Shown here piece by piece: positions 47,060 to 55,260 of a stretch of 64,000 nucleotides of DNA; positions within the stretch are counted from its first letter, which is position 1, and every line of letters begins with the position of its first letter. The notes beneath the pieces are model-generated. The model ran no database searches, was not told the DNA's origin, and was given only the letters and a program-made list of their open reading frames with translations. The stretch comes from Actinomycetota bacterium (GTDB taxonomy: Bacteria > Actinomycetota > Nitriliruptoria > Nitriliruptorales > JAHWKO01): contig JAHWKW010000011.1 of assembly GCA_019347675.1 (NCBI GenBank), positions 5,198 to 69,197 of the forward strand, read 5' to 3'. The translations under genes were made by a program, and so were the position numbers.

Positions 47060-47899
47060 TCAGGAAGCCGGCGCGACCGCCCTGCCGTCGGTGACCTGCC
47101 AGACGCGGTAGGCCCTGGCTGCGGCCTGCGCCTCGGGGACGACCCACGTCCCGCCGACGACGGCGACGGCATCACGCCCCGTCCGCGCGAGCAGGTCGGC
47201 CCGCCTCCGCGCCCGGTCGACGTCCTTCAGGCCCACGCCGACCGACGCCTCGACGACCACGAAGACCTCCGTCCTGTCTTCCCGACGTCGGCCCACGAGC
47301 ACGGCGTCGGCCCGGCGGAGCTCGTCGGTCTCGTCCTCGGTGAGGTGCCCGTCGGCCACAGCGGCCTCGAGCAGGTCGTCGAGCTCCCGCGGCGACAGGG
47401 TGTGCAGACCGCGAGCGATGGTGGACAGGTAGGTATGTGGGCGCTCCCGGTAACGGCGTTCGATCGCGTCACCACGCAGCCAGTCGACGTGTCCGGTCAG
47501 CGCCGAGACCTGCTCGGTCAGGCCCTCGACGATCCGCGCAAGCCGGTCCACATACCGACCAAGCTCCTCGAGGCGCTCCTCGGTCCGCACCTGCGCTGCC
47601 GCCAGCGCGTCCACGCGCCCCGCCAACGCCTCCAGCCGCTCCTCGGTCCGCACCTGCGCTGCCGCCAGCGCATCGAGAGAACGCGTCACCCGTCCCCAGT
47701 CGGTGACGCCGAGCAACTCGCGGAGCTCCGTCTGGCGCTCCGGATGTTCGCGCAGCAGGCGGAGGAGACGGTCGAGTTCGTCGCTGGTCACCTGTCGAGC
47801 GTAACCCCGGGCCCACGCCTGGACCGCGCCGTCGTCCTCGGATCCTGTGGAGACCAACGGACGCAGCCCGGGCCGTGGATACGGTCGGGGCGGAGACAT
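47060..47899 (-). CDS. Coiled-coil protein with a C-terminal nuclease-like (PD-(D/E)xK-type?) domain
   Basis: The central 21-aa duplication ALAAAQVRTEERLE is encoded by two identical 34-bp segments (47575-47608 and 47638-47671). The C-terminal block VFVVVEASVGVGLKDVDRARRRADLL resembles E-x-K restriction-endonuclease-fold cores. That assignment is inferential. Confidence 0.5.
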   Translation of the reverse strand: MSPPRPYPRPGLRPLVSTGSEDDGAVQAWARGYARQVTSDELDRLLRLLREHPERQTELRELLGVTDWGRVTRSLDALAAAQVRTEERLEALAGRVDALAAAQVRTEERLEELGRYVDRLARIVEGLTEQVSALTGHVDWLRGDAIERRYRERPHTYLSTIARGLHTLSPRELDDLLEAAVADGHLTEDETDELRRADAVLVGRRREDRTEVFVVVEASVGVGLKDVDRARRRADLLARTGRDAVAVVGGTWVVPEAQAAARAYRVWQVTDGRAVAPAS

Positions 47900-47943
47900 C
47901 GCGAACGGGACATCGAGTGCGTCCCAAAGACAGGAGAGGGTCG

Positions 47944-48849
47944 ATGCGGTTCAGCGTGTGGCCGGGGCCAACGCAGTCCTGGGAGTTGGTCCTCGCGCTC
48001 GCCCGGCGCGCGGATGAGACCGGCTGGGACGGGGTGTGGTTCGCCGACCACTTCATGCCCAACAGGGACGACCCGCGTGGGGACACGCTCGAGTGCTGGG
48101 CGACGATCGCGGCGCTGGCCGCCGCGGTTCCGCGTGTCCGGCTGGGCACGCTGGTGTGCGGCAACACCTACCGCCACCCTGCGGTGCTGGCGAACCAGGC
48201 CGCCGCGGTCGACGTCATCTGCGGTGGGCGCTTCACCCTCGGGATCGGTGCGGGGTGGCAGCGCAACGAGCACGACCGGTACGGCATCTCGTTCCCGTCG
48301 ACGCGTGAACGGCTCGAGCGGCTCGATGAAGCGTGCCAGGTGATCAAGTTGCTCACCACACGTGAGCGCGCGGACTTCTCCGGCCGCTACTACGGACTCG
48401 ACGGCGCCCCGCTGGAGCCCAAGCCCCTCCAGGACCCGCTGCCGCTCCTGGTCGGTGGCGGCGGGGAGAAGGTGACGTTGCGCATCGCCGCGGAACACGC
48501 CGACGCGTGGAACACCTGGGGCAACCCGGATGTGATGCGCCACAAGGTCGAGGTGCTCGAAGGGCACTGTGAGGACCTCGGGCGTGATCCGTCGACCATC
48601 CAGCGGAGCGCCAACGCGTTCGTCCACGTCCGCCACGACCAGGCCGAGAGCGATCGGTTGCGCGCGAGCGTCCCGGCGAGCCGCTCGATCGTCGGAACGG
48701 CCGGTGAGCTGACCGACATGATGGGCGCCTACCGCGCCGCCGGGATCGACGAGTTCATCGTCCCCGATTTCCACCTCGACGACGGCGGCGAGCGCGCCGA
48801 GTTCTACGACCGGTTCATCGAGGAGGTCGCAGCGCCGCTACGCGACTGA
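47944..48849 (+). CDS. LLM-class (luciferase-like) F420/flavin-dependent oxidoreductase
   Basis: Start at ATG 47944, after a GGAGAGGG ribosome-binding site. MRFSVWPGP..GWDGVWFADHF..RLGTLVCGNTYRHPAVLANQAAAVDVICGGRFTLGIGAGW is the classic LLM pattern. Confidence 0.85.
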   Translation: MRFSVWPGPTQSWELVLALARRADETGWDGVWFADHFMPNRDDPRGDTLECWATIAALAAAVPRVRLGTLVCGNTYRHPAVLANQAAAVDVICGGRFTLGIGAGWQRNEHDRYGISFPSTRERLERLDEACQVIKLLTTRERADFSGRYYGLDGAPLEPKPLQDPLPLLVGGGGEKVTLRIAAEHADAWNTWGNPDVMRHKVEVLEGHCEDLGRDPSTIQRSANAFVHVRHDQAESDRLRASVPASRSIVGTAGELTDMMGAYRAAGIDEFIVPDFHLDDGGERAEFYDRFIEEVAAPLRD

Positions 48850-49031
48850 ACTGAACGACCGCGACAGATCGTCTGCGCCACACTCCACGTTCCTGGGACG
48901 GAGGTACAACGACCGCCAGCCTCCACGACGACATCGCCGCCAAGGTGGTTTCGATCCGGGCGAGATTGTGCGACGATCGCTGCCGCGTTGCCCTCCTGAC
49001 TTGTTCTGGCGTTGGGAAGCGAGCACATCCC

Positions 49032-49793
49032 ATGGACCAACTGCGCCGCCCGTTCCTGCTCGTGGCGGTGGCGATGATCGTCCTCGTCGTGCTGGTCGAG
49101 GTGGGCAGCCGCTGGGCATCCGGCGGGGCTGCTCCGGTCGCGAGGGTCGCGCAGGTTCCCGGTCTGGAGGAACTTCGCGGCGCAGAAGCCGCATCACTAG
49201 CGCGGGTCGCGGAGCCACCCGGCCGGGGGATCTTCGCGATGGCGCTGCTGGACGGGGTACTCGCGTTTCGCATCGCACTGATGGGCATGGCGCTGGTGAT
49301 CCCTGCACGCGTCCTCGGTCGCGTGCAAGGGATCGCCACGGCGGTCCTGAGCCTCCTGTTCCTACTGGGCGGCATCGGCGGCCTGCTGTTCCTGTTGACC
49401 GAGTTGAGCCTCATGGTCGGGCTGTTCACCGCCGCCCCGTTCGGCACGCTGGTCTACCTTGGCCTGTGGGGGTTCTTCCCGCGGGGCGATGCCGCCGCCC
49501 TGCTCAGCCTGCTGCTGTTCCTGAAGCTCGCGTTCGTGGTGTTCCTGGTGCTGGCACAGCCGAAATTCCTCCAGGTCAAGGCGCTGGTCGCGCTGGTGGC
49601 GACGTCGCTCGTGGCCAACCTGATCTTGGCCTTCCTCCACGGGCTGATTCCCAACCCGGTGACCAGCATCGCCGACGAGATCGGCGCCATCATCGTGGTG
49701 ATACTGGGGCTGGTCTGGGCTGCGTTGATGTTGGTTGGGGCGATCCCGGGAATCGTCAAGGCAGTGCGGGTGGACCGGGCGCTGGCCCGCTGA
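49032..49793 (+). CDS. Hypothetical polytopic membrane protein
   Basis: Start at ATG 49032 (MDQLRRPFLLVAVAMIVLVVL). About 7 TM helices. I recognised no family motif. Confidence 0.55.
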   Translation: MDQLRRPFLLVAVAMIVLVVLVEVGSRWASGGAAPVARVAQVPGLEELRGAEAASLARVAEPPGRGIFAMALLDGVLAFRIALMGMALVIPARVLGRVQGIATAVLSLLFLLGGIGGLLFLLTELSLMVGLFTAAPFGTLVYLGLWGFFPRGDAAALLSLLLFLKLAFVVFLVLAQPKFLQVKALVALVATSLVANLILAFLHGLIPNPVTSIADEIGAIIVVILGLVWAALMLVGAIPGIVKAVRVDRALAR

Positions 49794-49797
49794 CGAC

Positions 49798-50265
49798 CTA
49801 GTCAGCGAGCGCAAGCGAGCAGTCAGATCCGACGGTGCGGCAGAAGATGGTCGCCGTTGCCCCGTCCTGCCCCACGGGGATCTTCAGCGGGAAGTCCCCG
49901 GACTCCGGTCGCCAGTCGTCGATCACGACGTCGTCGGGATTGTTCGGGGCGAGGTCGATCTCCACCGCGGGAACGCTCGGGCGCACCGCCGTCAGGGACA
50001 GCAGACGGGTCGGGGCGCCTGCCCGTGCGATCTCGACCTGGCAGCTCGTGAGCGCAGGGATCAGGAACCGTCGGGCCGTCCGGTCGAAGCAGCCGGAAGC
50101 GATGTGCTCAGCTTCGACGGCAGGTGCCTGCCGGAGTTGGAAACGTTCCACCCAACCGTGGTCATCGGGATCAACGCTGGCCTGCTCACGGTTCGCGCCC
50201 ACGATGACGAGCACGACGAACAAGAGGACGACGAGCACGATCAGGACGGTCACCTTCCCAGGCAT
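49798..50265 (-). CDS. Hypothetical N-terminally anchored protein
   Basis: Signal-anchor MPGKVTVLIVLVVLLFVVLVIVGA, then a domain of about 125 aa containing 4 Cys. Unknown function. Confidence 0.5.
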   Translation of the reverse strand: MPGKVTVLIVLVVLLFVVLVIVGANREQASVDPDDHGWVERFQLRQAPAVEAEHIASGCFDRTARRFLIPALTSCQVEIARAGAPTRLLSLTAVRPSVPAVEIDLAPNNPDDVVIDDWRPESGDFPLKIPVGQDGATATIFCRTVGSDCSLALAD

Positions 50266-50364
50266 CGCTTCTCCGGTCTGCTCATCCGCAGTGACCCCCG
50301 GTCTGCCGTGATCGGAGAGGACCTGGCGTCGTGGCGCGTGTACCCGGATCCACGGTGAGGAAGC

Positions 50365-51293
50365 TCACGAGGGCTGCTCCGCGGGAAGGCGGCGGACCTG
50401 TCCGGGATCGAGCGGCTGGACGGGTCGGATGGTGGCCTCGGTCGGGACCTCGATGCGGATGCATTCGGCGATGCTGTCCTTCGGGAAGCGGCGCAGCACC
50501 GTCACTGTTGTGCGTCCTCGGGGCACGTTGTCGTCACGGTCTATGACGATGACCTCGATATCGTGCCGGGCGAAGCGCGGACACCCTGCCGACAAGCGCA
50601 CCTCGGCGGATGGGCCGGTCCCGATCGGCTCGTTGCCGCGGAGGTCGATCCAGACGATGTCGAGGGCGTCTGTCGGGTCGTCGTCTTCGACGTCGACCTC
50701 AAGGGTGGTGCGCAGGAACTCCTGGTCGCCGTCCGACTCGTTCGCCGTGAACGGGCTGTCCTCCGCCGCCGGCCTGATCTCCGCGATCGTCGGCCCGGGG
50801 GTACCCGTGTCATCTGCGGGCAGCGGGCCGTCCCTGGCGACAATCGCGATCACCGTCCCACCACAACCACCGCGGCGACAACAGCGGCGATCCACCAGGG
50901 GAACGGACGCGGCGAGCGCCCTTCGGGGACCTCCACGCTGATGCGCTGACTCTCGTGATGGACGTCGTCGGGATCGTCCTCGGCATGGAGCCGTGACGGG
51001 AGGCTCTGGGCGTTGCTCAACCACCTTGAGCCGGACGTGTGACGTGCCGGCCGCCGCGTCCGCCGGCACGGCCACGTCCACCGTGAACATCACCGCCTCG
51101 TCGACCCCCGCCTCGCGCACCGGTTCGCGGACCGTGTACCAGTGCTCGTGAGCGGGATCATCGGTCAACGCCATCGCACGCATCGTGCGGGCCGCGCCGG
51201 TCTTGTTCTGCACGCTGAACACCACCGACCCGGCGCGTGACGCCCCGTCCAAGGGCACGTGGTCGGTCCCGGCTCGATCGTGAAGTAGCTCAT
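50365..51293 (-). pseudogene. Decayed paralog of the CIS-associated membrane protein at 61887-63203 (three frameshifts)
   Basis: ATG 51293 overlaps the stop of the upstream CIS gene (ATGA) and encodes MSYFTIEPG, matching MPYFTIDPG of the paralog. A 1-nt deletion follows (CCGGGACC here versus CCAGGGACC in the paralog), and the homology continues in another frame (TDHVPLDGASRAGSVVFSVQNKTGAAR...). A second shift comes before AEDDPDDVH..PFPWWIAAVVAAVVVVG. A third comes at the TGA within the TM segment. Confidence 0.6.
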
Positions 51294-51856
51294 GCGCGAC
51301 CGTCCTCGTCCTGCGGGGCTGGTTCCTCGTCTGGGCCGGCGGTGCGCGGGTAGACGATGTCGTATGTGGCATGCGCGGGGCGTTCGACACGGACGATCCG
51401 CTCGATCAGCGGCGCCAGGTGCGCGGCAGCCTCCGGGACGGACACCGTGACGTGGAAGCCCGGATCGGTCGCGTCGTCGACCTGGAAGCCGGAAACGCCG
51501 GTGGCGGTCTCCAGGAACAGCAGGAGCCCCTCGGCGGTGCCCCGGCGAGCCGATAGTTGGGGTGCCAGCGCGATCAGGTTGCGCAGACGGCCGAGTCCAG
51601 CGGCGAAGCGCTGTTGCGGACCGCCCTCGGCCGCGTCGGCGAGGACCCAGTCAAGGTCCACCCAGCGGCTGAGGAACGGGACCATGTTGGGAGGCGCCAG
51701 GTAGGGGTCGAGGTACTCGTCGAGCCGTTCCAGGACGGCTTCGGCAGGGGCGTGGAACTGATCCATCGCGTCGAGGAGAGCGATCAGCGGGCTCCCAGGT
51801 TTCAGGGCGGTCTGGTAGACGCCTGGCAGAAGGCGCTGGATGGCCTCGCGTCGCAT
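51290..51856 (-). CDS. CIS baseplate protein, phage P2 gpI-like tail protein (Afp12/Cis12-type)
   Basis: Start at ATG 51856, overlapping the upstream stop (TGATG). Blocks LLPGVYQ, LDEYLDPYLAPPNMVPFLSRWVDLDW and ARRGTAEGLLLFLE match the phage tail protein I domain family. Confidence 0.8.
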   Translation of the reverse strand: MRREAIQRLLPGVYQTALKPGSPLIALLDAMDQFHAPAEAVLERLDEYLDPYLAPPNMVPFLSRWVDLDWVLADAAEGGPQQRFAAGLGRLRNLIALAPQLSARRGTAEGLLLFLETATGVSGFQVDDATDPGFHVTVSVPEAAAHLAPLIERIVRVERPAHATYDIVYPRTAGPDEEPAPQDEDGRA

Positions 51857-54483
51857 CAGGTTCTCACCACCTCGACGTCGTGGTCGCCGGACACGAACAG
51901 CCACGTGGGAGGGAGCGTGACGGATTCATCGAACTCCGACCGGGATGCCCGCGTGAACTCCTCCCCGGGAGGCGTCTCGGGAGCGCCCACGCTGCGGTAG
52001 ACGCCAGCCGGGCCTCCGGCCAACAGCATCGACGTGTCCGGGTCGGTGGCGAGCGTCCGCACCGGGTGGAAGCGCCCGACCTCCCGCAACGGCAGGCCCG
52101 AATCGACGGCCGGCCGCCACCACCGGCGTTCCTCGCCGCGTAGCGGCAGCCGCTGCACCCCTGCCAGATGGGAGGCACCGAAGGCGTGGTGACCGAGGAA
52201 GGCGAGCGCCCAGCAGCTCCCACCTTCCCAGCCGTCACCCAGTTGCTGCCACGTCAACTCCTCGTCCTCGAGGCGGGTCCGGAAGCATCCCTGTCCGGGG
52301 CCACCTCCCTCGGCGGCTGTCCCGGCCCACAGGAACGTGGCGTTGCCCTCGTACTGGACCGCGAGGCTGCGGACGTCCTGCCCCTCGAGACCGGCGTGGA
52401 TGAACGTTCCGGCGCGGCCCTCGAGCCGGGACCGGTAGATGCCCGCCGTTCGCTGGCCAGCGAGCGCGACTGCGAGGTTCCCGCCCGGCTGGGTGTAGGA
52501 GACGACACGGTAGAACCCGAGGTCGGGTTGTCCGGGGTCGACCGAGCTGAAGGCGGCGGTGGCTTCCGGCGTGAGCGCCTGCTCGTACAGGCCCTGCTCG
52601 GTGGCGAGGAGCAACGCCGGGGTCTCGTCACGCTGGATCCATGCCAGGTCCTCGATCGGGAAGGCGAACTGCGCCACCGGCCCATCCCCCCACGTCTCTC
52701 CCAGATCGGTCGAGACGTAGACGCGACCCGCCTCTTCGCCAGCCGGCTGGGTCGTCACCGCGAGGAACCCCGGGCGGCGTCCCAAGCCGATCCGACCGGG
52801 CTCGCGCGGGTACGGCTCGATCCTGCGGACGGTCTCCCCTTCGAACCGCCAGAGCGGCTCCCACCCGATGCCGTCGTTGAGGGAACGGAACACGTCGCTG
52901 CCGCAGGCCGCATACCAAGCGGACGGCTGGTAGGGATCGGCCGCGACGGCGGTGACGTCCGCATCGGGGACCTCGTCGACGTGCAGCCGGACGCGGTCGG
53001 CCCATATCACCCCGGGCTCGGCCAGCAAGATGTCGTAGACGTCCGACACCCGCAGCGCCTGGCCGAACGGCCAGCCGGGCCACGTCTCCCCCTGCGAGGC
53101 CCGGACACGCTGACCGGTCGGGAGCGGGTTGATCGTGCGGTGCAGCCGCTCGAGGACGCGCTGGGTGAGCGCGTTCTCGTCCTCGTCCGACCGGATGCCC
53201 ACCCTGGCACGGACGGTAACCGCCTTGACCTTGGCCCATTTGACGACGCATTCGATGCCGAGCGGCCGTCTGGCCTCGAGCTGGGAGGTGACCTCGGCGA
53301 GCCCATGCGGAGTGGTGCGCGCCTCCAGGTCCGCGCTGGTTACCCGTCCGCGGGATCGGACGCCAGGCTCCACATGCGGGACGATCACCACCTCCACCGA
53401 CCCGCGCGGGGCGTACGACCAGTACTCGCTGCGAGCGAACGCCCGCGCCCGGCTAACCGCCCCGGACCGGCGCGCGATCAACTCGTAGTCGCGCTCAGTG
53501 ACGGCGCGGTCGCGGGCGTGGAACTCGTGCGGGCCGCGGAGCGCGGCGTTCTCCGCAGACTCGGCGTCCCGTCCCCCGATGGCCCGGATCGGGTTGGTGA
53601 CCTCGACGCCAGCCACCTCGTCCAGGAAGGTGGTCAGGGTCCCCGGCGCGACGTTTCCCTCCGGACCACCGCCGGTCCGGTACCAGACCAGCACGTTCAG
53701 GCCCGGTCCGGGCACCCGGGCGAGCCCCCGGACCCGCTCCGCTGCGCCGCCCGCTCCTGGGGCCGCCAGGTCGACCGCCGGGGCGAACATGATCGTGCCC
53801 TCGATCCGGTCGACGCTGTAGACCGCCGCGTCGGGCTCCAGGTCGGCGAAGTGCTCGACCTCCTGCCAGATCCGGTAGGTCCTGCCCTGATGTTCGAGTG
53901 CCGCGCCGCGGACCGTTCCCTCGGTGTCTGCGACCTCCACCGCCACGATCAGGTCGTCGTCCGCGGTCATGACCATGGGCGGTCGCGACACCCGGAGGAC
54001 CTGGCCCGGTTGCCCCGACGTCACGCCGACGTGCTCGCCTTCGACCAGCTCGCAGTGGTACGCGAGCGCTTCGACGTGCTGCTGGCCGGCTGGGATCGCG
54101 GTGGCTGCGGTGAGGACGAATACGGGCTGGTCCCCTTCACCGTCGGAGGCGCCGACGCGCGTGCCGCGCGGGATCTCGAGCGACGCCGTCGTCTCCGCGG
54201 GATCGGCACGGCTGAACCGGAGCGTCGCCCGAGCGGCTCGCGGCGGGAGCAGCTTCACACCGATCAGGTTGAGGTAGGAGCGGTACGCCTTCTCGGGCAC
54301 GCGGTTGAGGCGGTAGATCATCACCTCGGTGAGGTGGGCAAACGCCTCGAGGAGGGTCATCCCCGGATCGCCAGGACCCGCCTGGGCGGTCCATCGCGAG
54401 CCGGACGACCGGATGCGCTCGAGGGCTTCCTCCAGAAGTTGGAGGAAGTCCCGGTCGTCAAGATCGGGAGTCGGGATCGGCAT
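51856..54483 (-). CDS. CIS baseplate J-like wedge protein (Afp11/Cis11-type) with a C-terminal BNR/Asp-box propeller-like extension
   Basis: Start at ATG 54483. MPIPTPDLDDRDFLQLLEEALERIR..WTAQAGPGDPGMTLLEAFAHLTEVMIYRLNRVPEKAYRSYLNLIGVKLLPPRAA is the putative-baseplate-assembly-protein N-terminus. The last ~355 aa contain Asp-box-like motifs (YVSTDLGETWG, FRSLNDGIGWEP). Confidence 0.85.
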   Translation of the reverse strand: MPIPTPDLDDRDFLQLLEEALERIRSSGSRWTAQAGPGDPGMTLLEAFAHLTEVMIYRLNRVPEKAYRSYLNLIGVKLLPPRAARATLRFSRADPAETTASLEIPRGTRVGASDGEGDQPVFVLTAATAIPAGQQHVEALAYHCELVEGEHVGVTSGQPGQVLRVSRPPMVMTADDDLIVAVEVADTEGTVRGAALEHQGRTYRIWQEVEHFADLEPDAAVYSVDRIEGTIMFAPAVDLAAPGAGGAAERVRGLARVPGPGLNVLVWYRTGGGPEGNVAPGTLTTFLDEVAGVEVTNPIRAIGGRDAESAENAALRGPHEFHARDRAVTERDYELIARRSGAVSRARAFARSEYWSYAPRGSVEVVIVPHVEPGVRSRGRVTSADLEARTTPHGLAEVTSQLEARRPLGIECVVKWAKVKAVTVRARVGIRSDEDENALTQRVLERLHRTINPLPTGQRVRASQGETWPGWPFGQALRVSDVYDILLAEPGVIWADRVRLHVDEVPDADVTAVAADPYQPSAWYAACGSDVFRSLNDGIGWEPLWRFEGETVRRIEPYPREPGRIGLGRRPGFLAVTTQPAGEEAGRVYVSTDLGETWGDGPVAQFAFPIEDLAWIQRDETPALLLATEQGLYEQALTPEATAAFSSVDPGQPDLGFYRVVSYTQPGGNLAVALAGQRTAGIYRSRLEGRAGTFIHAGLEGQDVRSLAVQYEGNATFLWAGTAAEGGGPGQGCFRTRLEDEELTWQQLGDGWEGGSCWALAFLGHHAFGASHLAGVQRLPLRGEERRWWRPAVDSGLPLREVGRFHPVRTLATDPDTSMLLAGGPAGVYRSVGAPETPPGEEFTRASRSEFDESVTLPPTWLFVSGDHDVEVVRT

Positions 54484-54917
54484 CAGACCTCCTCCCCGTG
54501 CAGGCGCAGCGGGTACACGAACTCGCTCAGCTCCTGCGTCGCGCGCAGCCGGTACCGGATGGTGATGACGAGCGTCTCGGCGTCGGCGCCATCCCGGTTG
54601 GCGTCGACGTCCAAGACGTCGATCCGGGGTTCCCATCGGCGCAGGGCTTGGCGCACGTAATGGATGGCCAGACCCGCGGTCGTATCGTTGTTGAGCGCGA
54701 ACACCAGCCAGTGGATCCGGCACCCGTACTGAGGCCGCATCACGCGCTCGCCGGGGGCCGTCGACAGGAGGAGCAGGATCGACTGCCGGACCGCCGCGGG
54801 TCCGTCGACCAGCTCGAGCGCCCCGGTCGGGGCGACCTGCAGGCCAGGGCGGGCCACCCCCGGTTCCCATTCGGGATGGGCGAACCGGAACGAGCTGACG
54901 GGACCGCCGTCAGGCAT
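54483..54917 (-). CDS. CIS baseplate wedge protein, GPW/gp25 family (Afp9-type)
   Basis: VRQSILLLLSTAPGERVMRPQYGCRIHWLVF..AIHYVRQALRRWEPRI is the gp25 lysozyme-like fold signature. The start is at ATG 54917. Confidence 0.85.
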   Translation of the reverse strand: MPDGGPVSSFRFAHPEWEPGVARPGLQVAPTGALELVDGPAAVRQSILLLLSTAPGERVMRPQYGCRIHWLVFALNNDTTAGLAIHYVRQALRRWEPRIDVLDVDANRDGADAETLVITIRYRLRATQELSEFVYPLRLHGEEV

Positions 54918-55260
54918 CAGCGTTGAGCAGGGTCTGCCCGGGGGTGCGGACCGAGTAGTGGAAGGTGCCCGGAGGCGCACCGTCAGTCAGTCCCTTCACC
55001 GTATCCAGGCACACCGGGTGCCCATCGATCCTGACCAGCGCCGAGTAGCCGGTCTGCACCCGAAGCGTCGTCATGCACGGCTTCTGGCCGGTCAGGGGGT
55101 TGAGGTTCGGGCACCCCACAATGGTGCGGTCCTCCGGATCGGTGGCGACCAGCAGCGGGCGTCCCTCCACCGTGACCCACCGCTGGGACGGACGGTTGCG
55201 GACCACGCCCAACTGGTGGTCGCACACCACGACGGCCGCGTCGGTCATCGCGCGCATCAA
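54910..55260 (-). CDS. PAAR-like spike-tip protein (Afp10-type)
   Basis: 116 aa, immediately after the VgrG-like gene with an ATGA overlap. It has a Cys/His/Gly pattern (VVCDHQLGVV..VGCPN..KPCMTT..IDGHPVC) compatible with a PAAR/DUF4280-like cone. The call rests mainly on position and size. Confidence 0.6.
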   Translation of the reverse strand: MMRAMTDAAVVVCDHQLGVVRNRPSQRWVTVEGRPLLVATDPEDRTIVGCPNLNPLTGQKPCMTTLRVQTGYSALVRIDGHPVCLDTVKGLTDGAPPGTFHYSVRTPGQTLLNADA

